A DNA stretch of 64,000 bases, from assembly GCA_030390025.1 (NCBI GenBank), contig CM059432.1:152584001-152648000 (forward strand), read 5' to 3'. This document shows positions 23,305 to 35,929 of the stretch, piece after piece. Within the stretch, counting starts at the first letter, position 1; each line of letters starts with the position of its first letter. The translations under genes and the position numbers were made by a program. The stretch is from Squalus acanthias. Its lineage: Eukaryota. A model generated the notes under the pieces. That model saw only the letters and a list, made by a program, of their open reading frames with translations, had not been told where the DNA came from and ran no database searches.

Positions 23305-24344
23305 AGAGTGGCAGAATTCAGAATGTTTTGGTGGCTCTTGCTGCATGTGGCCTGATTGAGAAAATGTGGCCCAAATCTAAACTGCTGTTCACCTGTACAC
23401 ATTTGACAGTGTCCCAAGAACTTCCTTAGCTACTTTACTAGTAGCTAATTGGCTTTTGGCTCATTTCAGTAAAGAGGGAGAGTTTGCCGACAAGCCTGAT
23501 TGTCTAATGCAGTGCCCCGGCATAAACAGTATAAAAAAATGGATTCTACAGGTTACTGTAGATGAATAAAGGGAATTGCTGAACTTAACTAGCACATTTT
23601 CGGCACCTTTTCTTCTGTAAGCTTTATGAAGTAACTACTATATTAATGTTGCATACCAGTAGGGTCTTTTGTTGGGGCATTGGTAGAGTAAGACATAGAA
23701 ACAGCAACTCTTGGCCCGTGGGTAGCATTTGACGCGATTGAAACTGATGTCAGTAGCTTTCCTCCACAGAAATGCATAGTTTCAGCGATATGTCACAATG
23801 CAGCAGATCCCCATGAAGCTCCAGTACTTGCTCCTCAACAAGGTGCACGTGCTTTGTTTCCAGGTTAAAGCTGTAGTACATAAGTGCAAAGCATATTATA
23901 TGAGCAGTACTGTGCACTACGAGGTAACCTCGGTTAAATTTTCGCAGAAGGGCCCTTAAGGGCAATTTTGTACATTTTAAACTTTTATACTTGGCATTGC
24001 TGCCAGTAAGATTATTAGCAGGTTAGTCACTTTATTTTGGCAACAAATGGGTAGATGTGAAATAACCCCTTTACAGCATGGATTCGTCCCAAGGGGAATA
24101 GATACCACCACAGTTGCTTATTTTGTTGTGTCAAGATTATCTCCAGAAACCCCAGTAGGCATCTTTCTTTGCTTCTTCATGGGGCCATTTGGCATTGTGA
24201 CTTTGCCCGACTATAATTATGTAGACTTTTTGCCCATCTTGCCCTCCATAAACCTGAGTATCTCACTGAGATCGTTCTTCAAAAGATTAATGGCAGTTAC
24301 TATTTTAGTATATTTTCTTTTATTTAGTCTCGGGATATGGTGTT

Positions 24345-24570
24345 GTTAGCAAGTCTGACTTGGAAGTGATGGTGTTCCCATGCACCTGCTGCTCTTGTCC
24401 TAGCAGGAGGTCATGGGTTTGGGAGGTTCTGCCGAAGAAGCCTGCAGTGCATCCTGTGGAGAGTACTCACTGCAGCCACAGTCCGCCGGTGGTGGAGGGA
24501 GTGGATGTTTAAGGTTGTGGATGGGGTGCCGATCAAGCGGACTCCTTTTCTCACTGGATTAATTGTTGAG
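24345..24570 (-). mobile_element. Degenerate Jockey-group (CR1/L2-related) LINE C-terminal fragment
   Basis: Reverse complement encodes ...RLIGTPSTTLNIHSLHHRRTVAAV..., typical of a LINE ORF2 C-terminus. Confidence 0.6.
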
Positions 24571-25369
24571 TTCAATTCAGCTGAATCGTCCTCGTCTAAA
24601 AACCATCCAGTGGAGCTGTCTGAGGGACTTCTATTTCCAGCAGGAGATGATTGACTTTCTCAGCCACGGTCAGAAGCTGGGAGACTGGGGAAGATGCACA
24701 GGATATACTGAGAGTAGTTTAGTTTTTTGTCCAGCATTTTCTAAAGCTGCTGCAGTTTGTGTAACAGTGATACTCTACACATGTAGCCTTAAAGTTGGAG
24801 TGGGGGCAGTAATCACATCAGCCTCCTTCACTGGAGAGATTCTGTGAATGTGTTGTCCTCATTCCAGCCAGTAGTTAACTAACAGCTCAACACATTGGTT
24901 CTGTTGCTAGCCCTCCCCCATTCCTAATGCAAGCCCTTGGGGTCTGCACCAGAAAGGGGTGTGGGGGGGGGGGCACCTGGGCCATGCTAATGACCTTCGA
25001 CAGGAAATTTGGGTGATTCCTGCCTTTGGTCGGTGCAGCGCCACTCGTACTCTGCGCTCTTCTAATGCCGGGTGTGTGGAAAGGACCTCTTGCCTGATTT
25101 TGGGCTGTTGTGTATCAAACAGACAGGGCTATTTTCTTCAAGTAAACTTTATTTTAACCCCGACGGTACCATAAACAACAAAAATAAACTAGGCGCTATG
25201 GGCCAAACTCTGCAATTTGTCACAGATGAATCAACCTACATCACTCGTACCTTCTGTTGGAATGTTCAGTGTAGGGTTTGCCCAGTCTTGGGGAAGTGGC
25301 TGCATCTCCACCCTCTTGGTCTGGGAAGGATGTGCACTGTGGAGGGAAAATAAATGTGCAAAACTTCTG

Positions 25370-25801
25370 TTGGCCTTGGCTCAGTTGGCAGCACTCTCTC
25401 CACTGAATCAGATGGTTGTGGGTTCAAGTTCTGCACTCCAGACACTTGAGCACATAATCTAGGCTGACACTCCAGTGCACTACTTGAGGGAGTGCTGCGC
25501 TGTTGGCGGCTCCGTCTGCCCTCTCAGATGGATGTAACAGATCCGATGGCACAATTTCAAAAAAGAGTTGGGGAGTTTTCCCCGGTATCCTGGCCAATAC
25601 TTGCCCTCAACGAACTTCACTAAAACAGATTATCTGGTCATTATCACATTGCTATTTGTGGGAGCTTGCTGTGCGCAAACTGGCTGCCGCTTTCCCTAAA
25701 TTACAACAGTGACTACACTTCAAAAGTACTCCATTGGCTGTAAAGCACTTTGGGATGTCCTGAGGACATGAAAGGCGCTATATAAATGCAAGTCTTTCTT
25801 T
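25370..25801 (+). mobile_element. Deu-domain SINE
   Basis: Matches 21523-21977 with one internal deletion. Confidence 0.85.
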
Positions 25802-26122
25802 TGTTTCTGTGCGTCTGTATGAAAGGAATTTAAAAAACCATACTCTATTAGTTTTTGATGGGGATCACACAATAAGTAGTTTATTTTCAGATGGGGACTG
25901 AATGAATAATTCAGCTCTCCTGCCTTCCCCCATTGGATGGGAGCGTAGGTCGGTGAATTGCCACTTTAGCCTTGTGGTCCTCTTCTCCGACCTGTGCTCC
26001 TGTTGAGCAAGGTTTCTTGCTGGGAATGCAGAATCACTGAATATGTCCATTAAATGTCTGGTGGAATTCATTCTCCATTGATCTTTAAGGTAAAAATCCA
26101 CCAGGAGCTGGCAGAAGATGTA

Positions 26123-26871
26123 GGCCCGGAATTTGCGGTCTGTGGCGAAGCGAAGGCGTTCGTCGCTGGCCCCGAAGTGCGCTTCGCACAAAGATCTCGC
26201 GATCTGTGTCGAGAACCTCGGGTTTTCCGACATTCAATTCAAATCAGTGGAGTTTAGTGGGGATCCCCCAGTGCGAGCTGCTGTGACATCAACAAGCTGT
26301 CTAAGCAGCCAATCAAAACGCAGAATTCTCACAGACAGCAAACACGGAAGTGAGTAAGCTCTTAAAATTCTAACTTTTAAAAATGTTAAAATCAAAAGAT
26401 TGGGGCCCTCACATGGTGAATAGGCAAACCTGAAATAAAGATTAATAAAGTTTTTTTTTAAATTACGTTTTAAAAAAAATTCTTAAAATGTTTAATTTTT
26501 ATTAAAATGGATAAATTTATTTTTTATTAAAATGCACAAAATTAAAATGAGTTTTTCAGGCCCATAACCTTTGTTTAGCAGTCAGTACGCTGTTTAAACC
26601 CCAGATACACCTAATCCCTTTGGGTCTAACTTTTAGCGGGGAATTTAACAGCGCACTTACTGCGGAAGAGCCGAAGTATTGGTCAGTTTCCCTGATTTGA
26701 GCGATTACGCTGATTTACGGCCCTGTGGCGGGGGGCACAGCGCAGCCGGTGTCGGAGCTGTGAATGACAGACCACAACTTCAGGATTTCCGCATGCGCCA
26801 AATCCCAAAGTTGCGGTAAGTTTCAAAGGTGGAATGACGGCGAACGCTGCCAGTTGGCCATAATCCGGAGC
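26123..26871. mobile_element. Putative MITE with imperfect TIRs, CpG-rich ends and AT-rich core
   Basis: Left ggcccggaatttgcgg...gcgttcgtcg, right cggcgaacgc...ccataatccggagc. Confidence 0.5.
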
Positions 26872-29049
26872 GCGCGTTCCGCGCCAATGTGTCACAGCAT
26901 TGGAATTTTTGTCGACCTGTTTTTGAGCAGTCTGTCTTGAAGATGCTCACAAAAGTTGCTGGTTGCAGCTGCCTACCCTTACTTGGAGAGCTGAGATTTG
27001 GTGGAGCAGTACTGTCTTCAGCGATGGTCTGTGGGGGGGAAAAAGTATTTTCAATTAGACAGGTCTACATACCTCCTGGGGGACAATTGCTTTGGTACGG
27101 GGGATTTGGAAGGTGACAAAGGAAAGTGGGCTCATGCCTCACGTAATCGCTGTCCTCCTCTGTTGTCCTTTGTGCGGACCATCTTTTCCCACCCCTCCTC
27201 AGCTGCCGAGGTTGTTGAAATCTAAACTAGGTCAGTGGAAATGACCTTATTCTTACTATAGTACGTTTCAGTGTCTCAAACATTAATAGGCTACTGAGCT
27301 GGCTCAATGAAGGAAATGAATCCAAATAAATTGTCGGATTGCCAGTTGGTTGAGAATAAGGGAGCTTTAGATTACTTGCATTGTTTTAAAACTCTAAAAG
27401 CTATGTAGCTGCATGGGTGAAGTAACAAGTCAGTTTGTTTTTCAAACTCCTCTTTTTGTATACCTCCTGTCGGGTGTGCTGAATGGGCTGTAGTTTCTTG
27501 TGGAAGTGAATGAAAGCACGAGATCAACAGTGGACAGATAGCAAATTCTTCTTCGGGTGTTCCACGTGCAGACACTTTACTGGTTAAAACTATGTAGCAG
27601 AAGCTAAATTCTCCAATGTTGCTCGAGTGTTTTGTTAGCAAATTCCTAAAGGGGCAAGTAAATGCATTCTCCTGATTTTAATGTGCTGACTCATGGCTGC
27701 TCCTTTGAAATGTTAAAGAGATCTTTATTTGGAAAATGGCGTTCGAGTAATCGAATTTTCCTTTATACTGTGACATTTTTATGCCTGCATGCATTTCTCT
27801 TCTTGTCATGTTCAGACTACTTTTTATGCAGTAACATGCAGGGGCAGGATACTCCACAGAAGTTACATGAACTTCTCCAGCAGTAGCTTGTTCATTAACT
27901 CCTTCAGTGCTGTGATGAAGTAAACACAGCCAATAGATTAACAGATTTGTTTTTTTTTATATAGCATGAATGTTGTTACAAAAAGCATTTGTTTGCTCTT
28001 GTGCATGTTGGAAACTTTAAGAAACAAATGTCCTTTGGAGGCAATTTCAAACCAAGTGAATAATGCAAACATTTTAATAAACCAGGTTATAAATGGGTTT
28101 CTGCAGAGGAGTTGGCAGGATCGTCTTTAAAATGAGACTGTCCTTCAGAATGTTATGCAGTGAATAGAACCTTGTTTATGGGCAGAGTAAATGTTTTTAC
28201 AAGAAATAATTATACTCTCTCCTACTAATGCATAAAAAATGGGGGATTGAATTCAGAAACTCACAGCAAAGAAATGTGCAAAGGTTACTCATTACATAAG
28301 GTTTGATTTCACTTAGTAATGTGTGTGTCTGTGTGTGTAAGAGTACGAAGCACAATTTTTTTGGACTCATCTTCTAAGCTTCAAAATAATAGGATAAATT
28401 CAAATTGACAAGGTTGTACAACAGACACAAAATTCTTCATATCAATACACTCAGCTGAACAATGTAAGAGGAATGAGAAAAATAGCACTCCTTTTAAGAC
28501 CTTTAACCTTAAACCAGATGTCATAATTGGTTAGTGTTGTATGTTTTATTAAGGTGAGGTCAGTAGAGCAGCAGGGAGTTTCCGCTTTAAGGGATGTTTA
28601 AAGGGAAGTTCAGAGGAGGAGAGGAAAGAATGAAAGTAGCATGTCATATATTGGTTCTGCTAGCCACAGAGTCTGAAATGAGAACCAGCGCATTTCCCTA
28701 ATGAACTGGGCCAATACCTTGGAACTAAGGATTGTTAACTGGTCTTACAATATGGGAAAATAATTTTTGACCCACAAATGTTTTTTTGGATACTGCTGTA
28801 CGAAATACTCTATTTTTTTTTGAAAAGCTCCTTGCTCCACTTCTGTGAAGTGTCATCATTTGATAGTTAACCATTTTGCTAAACAAGTCCACAGTAATTT
28901 ACACTTGTGGTCAGACAGAGACCCCATTCCTTCATGGCTATTGTGTCCTAACACCAGTCCTGAGCATTACATGTTCACTTCATGGATGTCTTCACGCTGA
29001 CCTGGAAATAGTCACTACTGTTGGCTGCTAATTGTTAAATGCGCACTTA

Positions 29050-29185
29050 CACATAGCAGACAGCACAGAAGGAGGCCATTCGGCCCATCATGCCTGCAAG
29101 AGCTATCCAATTAGTCCCACTCCCTTGTTCTTTCCCCATAGCCTTGCAAAGTTTTCCTTTTCAAATATATATCCGATTCCCTTTT
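29050..29185 (-). mobile_element. Short CR1 3' fragment
   Basis: acagcacagaaggaggccattcggcccatc, as at 20080. Confidence 0.7.
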
Positions 29186-29280
29186 CACCAGTTTACTTTT
29201 TAATAACTGTTGTGAGAATTTTGGAGATTTGGGCAGGTTTAGGTTTTTTAGATTTTAAGCTTCTTCAAAAATAATAATTG

Positions 29281-29376
29281 AAAAAAAGACTTGTATTTAT
29301 ATAGCACCTTTCATGACCACCAGACGTCTCAAAGTGCTTTACAGCCAATGAAGTCCTTTTGAAGTGTAGTCACTGT
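29281..29376 (-). mobile_element. Deu-domain SINE 3' tail fragment
   Basis: Matches 14205-14298. Confidence 0.75.
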
Positions 29377-30663
29377 TGCAAAGAGGGAAGAGTTGTGCGG
29401 GGCACTTTATTGAGAAAATATATCTTGAGGTCGATATGGGACCCAGTCAACCCCATCTATTTGTGCTTATTTCTTCTTTGCCGTTTTTGTCCTGTTTGAA
29501 TTTTGTGGGCTTGAAGTTTTGGAAAGGGTGGTTCTGGGCACTGTTGTCTCACTCGTGGAGAAATCCTAAATCAGAACACCAAGATCTGTTAATATCTGCA
29601 ACTTCAGCTAACTGCAAATTAATAGTAACATGGATTTAAACTTAGTACGTATCCCGAGGCTCTACAGTATGCACCTATTTGGCTCCCAAGTATGTAGTGT
29701 ATCTAGTTTCTCAAGCTACACAAACTGGTCCTTTGACTCTTCAGTCTTGTAGGATGATTTTGCTCATTTGCAGAAGATTTAGACAATATTACAAAAAGAA
29801 AATGCAACAATTTTATACAGTGCATCAAATTCCAAGTTCAAACTGCATGGCTCTTGTGCCAAAGACTCAGGGGAGAACCTGGCTTCAAGTGTTTTTCCAA
29901 CATCATTACTTACATACCACTTGGCGAGCTCAATGTCTCTTTCTCCTCCCTCCCCCCGGAATGACTTCAAAACAAAACTACTGGGACCCTCATGCTTTGT
30001 TGCAGTGGTTTTCAAACTTTGCAAAGCACCTGACTGGTGCGATGAAAGGCCTGTCTAGATGGTATGTAGCCAGAGGTGGGGAAGATTAGCTCTCAGTTTG
30101 GGTCAAAATGGACAACGTGATGGTTATGGGACAGGAGAAATGCTGATGGTGATTTTTCTTCTGCGCTCCCTGTGTTTGTGTTGTGGGCTCTGTAGGCAGA
30201 TGACTACATATCAAGATAAGGAATGTAGATGAAAGCACTTGTGTTCTACCAGTGTCAGATGTTTGTGAAATTGTTGAGTTGTACAACCTTGTTGATTTAA
30301 TTTTGATGGTATCCTTTGAAAGCTATGTTCATATTTAGAAATTTCCCCAATGTTAAGCTAATGCATGTTCTGAGCTGGAGCTCGGAATTCCCTTTTTGTT
30401 TATATTCCCCCGCCCACACACACACCTCCCACCTATATCTGCAAGAGATTCTAATGACTGATAATATGCATTCATGTAGCACCCTTAATGCACTAAAACA
30501 TCCAAAGGTACTTCACAGGAGCGTAATCACACAAAAATTTACACTGAGCCAAAGAAGGAGATAAAATAAGTAGGTTTTAATGAGCGGCTTAAAGAAGGAG
30601 AGAGAGGTGGCGAGGTCCAGGGAGGGCCTAGACAGCTGAAGTCATGGCCACCAATGGTGGGGC

Positions 30664-30884
30664 TGTGGCGGATTGCCACCTAAACGGGCGCAATCCACTT
30701 TTCCGTCCGTGGACAATAAATCGGGCACCTTGCCTTTAAGGCGCATGCTGCCTTTAAGGCAGGTAAAAAGGAATGGGCGGGGCCTCTGGGTTTTTGCAGA
30801 GAAATGTGGCTGCAGCCATTTTACCAGAGATGTGATTTCACATATTGACTCGGCCTCAATTCGTGCTTCGCGGCAGCCACAACA
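30664..30884 (+). repeat. 5' LTR (221 bp)
   Basis: Differs from the 3' LTR by 4 substitutions and a 14-bp deletion (counted by eye). Confidence 0.95.
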
Positions 30885-30885
30885 T

Positions 30886-30899
30886 TGGTGACCCCGACG
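30886..30899 (+). promoter_or_regulatory. Primer binding site, tRNA-Trp
   Basis: TGGTGACCCCGACG is complementary to the eukaryotic tRNA-Trp 3' end (CGUCGGGGUCACCA), 1 nt after the LTR. Confidence 0.85.
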
Positions 30900-30924
30900 C
30901 TCAGAACGTATTCCGAGCACTGCA

Positions 30925-33900
30925 ATGGCGGACACGAACGCAGTTTCCGTGAAACTGCCGGAGTTTTGGGAAAACCAGCCCGAAGCCTGGTTTCTCCAAG
31001 CCGAGTCCCAATTCCGGCTGCGAGACATCACCACAGATGGGACGAAGTACGACTACCTCGTCACATCACTCGGTAGCTCCACAGTTACGAAGATCTGGAC
31101 AGCGCTGCAGCACCCACCAGAGGAGGGCAAGTATGCACATCTTAAGGCCGCGCTCCTTAAAAAATTTACGGCCTCGACATACCAGCGAAACTGCCACCTC
31201 CTCGACCTTCCAGGCCTCGGTGATGCCTCACCGTCAGACCTCCTCTCCCACATGCTCTCCCTCACCGACGAGAGCCCACCCGAATCCCTCTTCCGCACGC
31301 TGTTCATCTGCCAGCTACCTCTCAGCATCCGCCCAGCGATCGTGGCGTCCGGCCTCACGGACCTGGAAGCCCTGGCCGATGAGGCCGACAAGCTGCTGTC
31401 CGCTCACTCCAGCCGCGACGTCACTCCGGACCTGGCAGCCACGGCCTGGGCGCGCCCCTCACCGGCCACCACGCGGCCACAAGGCCCAGCCACTGGGCTC
31501 ACGGGGCCTTCGCGCCCCACTAACCCGGGCCACTGTTACTACCACGCACGGTTCGGCGCCAGGGCACAACGGTGCACACCCCCCTGCTCTTTCAAGTCCG
31601 CCCCCGTACCAGCCCCCGCGATGGCCGTGGGCCACGTGGGCTCCCTGCTGTACATCACGGATGACAAAACCGGCCGCCGGTTCCTGTGCGACACTGGAGC
31701 TCAGCACAGCATCATCCCGGCCTCCTCCCTCGACATCCAAAAGGGCAAACGAGGACCGGCGCAGGCTGCTGCTAACGGCTCGGACATCCCGACGTACGGC
31801 ACCCGCACGGTCACCCTCGACCTCGCTGGTCGCCGCTACCGATGGGAGTTCATCACTGCCAAGGTGCTCTCCCCTCTCATCGGCGCAGATTTCCTGTGCG
31901 CCCACGGCCTACTGGTAGACATCCCTCGACACCGCCTCGTGGACATGAACACCATGTCCCCCATCCTGGGCGCCATGGCCCCCCGTCAACCCGCCGACAT
32001 GGCGTCACAGTGCCACGCCCGGGCCATGGATGACTACTCGGCACTCCTGGCCGAATTCCCGGCCCTCACCAATCCGACCTTCTCCGCGGAGGCCGCCAAA
32101 CACGGGGTGGAACACTTCGTCCCCACCACAGGTCCCCCAGTGTACGCCCACGCCCGCAGGCTGGACCCGGCCAAACTGGAGATCGCGCGGACCGAGTTTG
32201 CCACCATGGAACAGCTCGGCATCATCCGCCGCTCCAACAGTCCCTGGGCCTCCCCACTCCACATCGCCCCCAAACCAGGCGGGGGTTGGCGCCCCTGCGG
32301 GGATTACCGCCGCCTCAACGACGCCACCACCCCTGATCGGTATCCCGTGCCGCACATCCAGGACTTCTCGGCTAGACTGGCCGGCCGCTCAGTCTTTTCC
32401 AAGGTCGACCTGGTGCGCGGCTACCACCAAGTCCCCGTCCACCCCGCGGACGTCCCCAAGACGGCCGTAATCACCCCCTTCGGCCTGTTCGAGTTCCTGC
32501 GGATGCCCTTCGGCCTCAAAAACGCGGTCCAGGCATTCCAACGGCTCATGGACTCGGTCCTTCGGGACCTGAAGTTCTTGTTTGTCTAGCTGGACGACAT
32601 CCTGATAGCCAGTTCCTCCAAGCAGGAACACCTCGAACACCTTCGTATCCTGTTTGGGCGCCTCAGCGACCACGGGCTCATCCTCAGCCCAGCCAAATGC
32701 CAGTTCGGCCTGGACAAGATCAACTTCCTCAGCCACCACATCACCCATGCTGGGGCCATTCCGCTGCCCACCAAGGTGCAGGCCGTCCAACAATTTCCCC
32801 GCCCCACCACCATCAAAGGCCTCCAGGAGTTCCTCGGGATGGTGAATTTCTACAACCGCTTCATCCCCAAAGCGGCGTCCCTCATGAGGCCCCTGTATGA
32901 AGCCCTCCGGGGCAGGAGCGGCAAGATGGCGGTCGAATGGATGGCAGACGCGTCAGCCGCCTTCGACTCCACCAAGACCGCGCTTGCCAACGCCACCCTG
33001 CTCGCGCACCCACGGCCCAATGCCAGGGTAGCGCTCACCACGGACGCCTCCGACCACGCAGTCGGCGCCGTGTACGAGCAGTGGGTCGACGGCGCCTGGC
33101 AACCACTTGCCTTCTTCAGCCGCCAACTACGCCCCCCGGAGGTCAAGTACAGCACCTTCGACCGCGAGCTCCTCGCGCTGTTCCTGGCGGTCCGCCATTT
33201 TCGGTTTTTGCTGGAGGGCCACCCCTTCACTGCGTTTGTCGACCACAAGCCCCTGACATTCGCAATGGCAAAGACAACCGACCCCTGGTCTGCCAGGCAG
33301 CAGCGCCAGCTCGCGGCAGTGTCCGAGTTCACCACGGACATCCAACACGTCTCCGGCCGAGACAATGTGGTAGCCGACTGCCTCTCCCGCCCCGCCATCC
33401 ATGCCGCACACCTGGCAGTCGACTACGCTCAACTCGCAGCAGACCAGATCACCGACCCTGATCTGCTCTCTGCACCTACCAACCTACCAGGGCTACGCCT
33501 GGCCGACGTCGCCTGTGGCCCGACCGCAGTCACGGTCAAGTGCGACATATCCCTACGTCAACCTCGGCCCATCGTCCCAGCGTCCTGGCGCCGCCGGGTA
33601 TTCGAGATTCTCCACAACCTCTCCCACCCCGGCGCCCACGCATCCATCAAATTGGTAGCCAACCGCTTTGTCTGGCGCGGCCTTCGCAAGGATGTGCGTA
33701 CTTGGGCCAACTCCTGCCTAGCCTGCCAACGGGCCAAGGTGCACGAAAGCACCCCTCGAGGAGTTTACCGTCCCTTCGCGTAGATTCGACCACATCCACG
33801 TGGACATCGTCGGGCCCCTGCCACCGTCGCAAGGCCACACGCACTTGCTGACGATCGTTGACCGCACCACGCGCTGGCCCGAGGCAATTCCACTGACCTC

Positions 33901-34706
33901 TACCACCACCGCCGACATCGCCAGAGCCTTCGTCAGCACCTGGGTCGCACGGTTCGGCATCCCCTCTGATATGACGTCGGACAGAGGTCCGCAATTTACC
34001 TCTGAACTCTGGACCGCCGTCGCACGCAATCTCGGGGTGACCATTCACCGCACCACAGCGTACCACCCCAAGCCAACAGACTGTGTGAGCGGTTCCACAG
34101 ATCCTTGAAGGCATCTCTTCGAGCCAGCCTCCAGGACGGCGCCTGGACCGACCGACTCCCGTGGGTCCTCCTCGGCCTGCGCACCGCGGTTAAAGAAGAC
34201 CTCCATGCATCGGCAGCAGAGCTCGTGTACGGTCAGCCGCTGCGCGTACCCGGCGAGTTCCTGCCCACCGCCACGACACCCTGGTCAGCCGACCAGCAAC
34301 GCCACGACTGTGCCTCACCGGTGCTGCAGTTCGCCCCAGTGCCCATTGCCCGACACGGCGAATCCACCTCACACGTCCCACTAAGCCTGTACCAGGCACG
34401 GTTCGTTTTCGTCCGCTTCAACCCCCGTATGACGGGCCCTACAAGGTGCTACAGGCTGGGGACAAATTTTTCACCCTGCAAGTGGGCGACAGGACCGAAA
34501 AAGTGTCGGTTGACCGACTCAAGCCAGCACACTCGGAGCCCGGTGAGCAGGTCCCGGTAGCTCGTCCACCTCCACGCGGCCGACCTGCCCTCAAGCCAGT
34601 TCACCCGGCTGCTCCACGCCCGGCCGTTCCACGTCCACCGGCGTCCTACAAGAGCCGCTCCGGCCGGCCTATCAGACCGCCGCACCGTCTCGTCCACACC
34701 TCCTAA
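30925..34706 (+). pseudogene. gag-pol: Single-frame gag-pol polyprotein, disrupted
   Basis: Gag CHCC motif CYYHARFGARAQRCTPPC, protease FLCDTGA, RT (DYRRLN, MPFGL, [Y>stop]LDD at 32587), RNase H (TDAS, DHKPL, ADCLSR), integrase HHCC + DIVG/SDRG, GPY motif. Frameshifts near 33745, 34070 and 34415. Confidence 0.93.
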
Positions 34707-34726
34707 GCGGATTCTGGGGGGAGCTG

Positions 34727-34961
34727 TGTGGCGGATCGCCACCTAAACGGGCGCAATCCACTTTTCCGTCCGTGGACAATAAATCGGGCACCTTGCCTTT
34801 AAGGCGCATGCTGCCTTTAAGGCAGGAAAAAAGGAGTGGGCGGGGCCTCTGGGTTTTTGCAGAGAAATGTGGCTGCAGCCATTTTACCAGAGATGTGATT
34901 TAAAGCCATGTGTTTCACATATTGACTCGGCCTCAATTCGTGCTTCACGGCAGCCACAACA
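34727..34961 (+). repeat. 3' LTR (235 bp)
   Basis: Follows the polypurine tract at 34716-34723. Ends ACAACA, then TSD GGGC. Confidence 0.95.
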
Positions 34962-35420
34962 GGGCGAAGGAAGTGGGGGATGCACAAAAGGTCAGCATTG
35001 GAGGAATGAAGAGTTCGTAGAGGGTTGTAGGGCTTGAAAAGGTTACAGAGATCGGGCAATTTTTCTGTCAATTTCAATTTTAGGATGGAGCAAAATTTAC
35101 AACAGCCATACTGAGGGACAAACTGTTAAATCCTGCTTTCTTCTAATCATGCTCATCTGTTCACTTTTGTCCATTTTTTTGTTAAAATAAGCGCACAGGA
35201 AAATACGATCCAGCACTATCCCTATCAGTCTCACCTCAGTAATCTTGTCTGTGTAACAGTGATACTGTTGTAGGGACTTCTGACACAGCTTACATTAAAA
35301 ATAATGGTCCAATGCTTATCATCTGCCCTCTGCTGACCCAGAGCCCGACAGGACAGTAAGTCCCAAATAGTTACACCAAAGCCTGCAGAAATCGTTGGAG
35401 GCATCTTGGCAGGTGCGACC

Positions 35421-35929
35421 ATAGAGTCATAGAGTTATACAGCACAGAAAGAGGCCCTTCGGCCCATCGTGTCCGTGCTGGCCATCAAGCCCTGTCTATC
35501 CTAATCCCATTTTCCAGCACTTGGTCCGTAGCCTTGTATGCTATGGCGTTTCAAGTGCTCATCTAAATGCTTCTTGAATGTTGTGAGGGTTCCTGCCTCT
35601 ACCACCCTTTCAGGCAGTGAGTTCCAGATTCCAACCACCCTCTGGGTGAAAAAGTTTTTCCTCAAATCCCCTCTAAACCTCCTGCCCCTTACCTTGAAAC
35701 TATGCCCCCTGGTTATTGACCCCTCTACTAAGGGGAAAAGTTCCTTTCTATCTACCCTATCTATGCCCCATATAATTTTGTACACCTCAATCAGGTCCCC
35801 CCTCAGCCTTCTCTGCTCTAAGGAAAACAACCCCAGCCTGTCCAGTCTCTCTTCATAGCTGAAGCGCTGCAGCCCAGGTAACATCCTGGTGAATCTCCTC
35901 TGCACCCTCTCCAATGCAATCACATCCTT
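35421..35929 (-). mobile_element. CR1 3' fragment
   Basis: ORF 35501-35983 (ERVQRRFTRM...GKWD). Tail (ATGACTCT)n. Confidence 0.92.

Larger units (their letters stand above)
30664..34961 (+). mobile_element. Full-length Ty3/Gypsy LTR retrotransposon, CsRn1-clade-like, disrupted
   Basis: TG...CA LTRs at 30664-30884 and 34727-34961, 4-bp TSD GGGC, PBS TGGTGACCCCGACG (tRNA-Trp 3' end), PPT GGGGGGAG. Domain order gag-PR-RT-RH-IN. Confidence 0.97.
30460..35085 (-). mobile_element. Old L2-like 3' fragment (30460-30663 + 34962-35085) split by the LTR element
   Basis: Flanks rejoin as ccaatggtggggcgaaggaagtgggggatgcac, similar to the reverse complement of 42230-42540. Confidence 0.6.

Noticed and set aside
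29679..30089. Unassigned short ORFs in unique DNA (also 13181, 17632, 23750, 25072, 35945-36754, 45809)
   Set aside because: No recognisable protein family, mostly non-ATG starts, and no consistent exon chain.
31037..34742. Many overlapping alternative-frame and antisense ORFs in the Gypsy element
   Set aside because: Expected shadows of GC-rich coding sequence; no recognisable domains and no env-like ORF.
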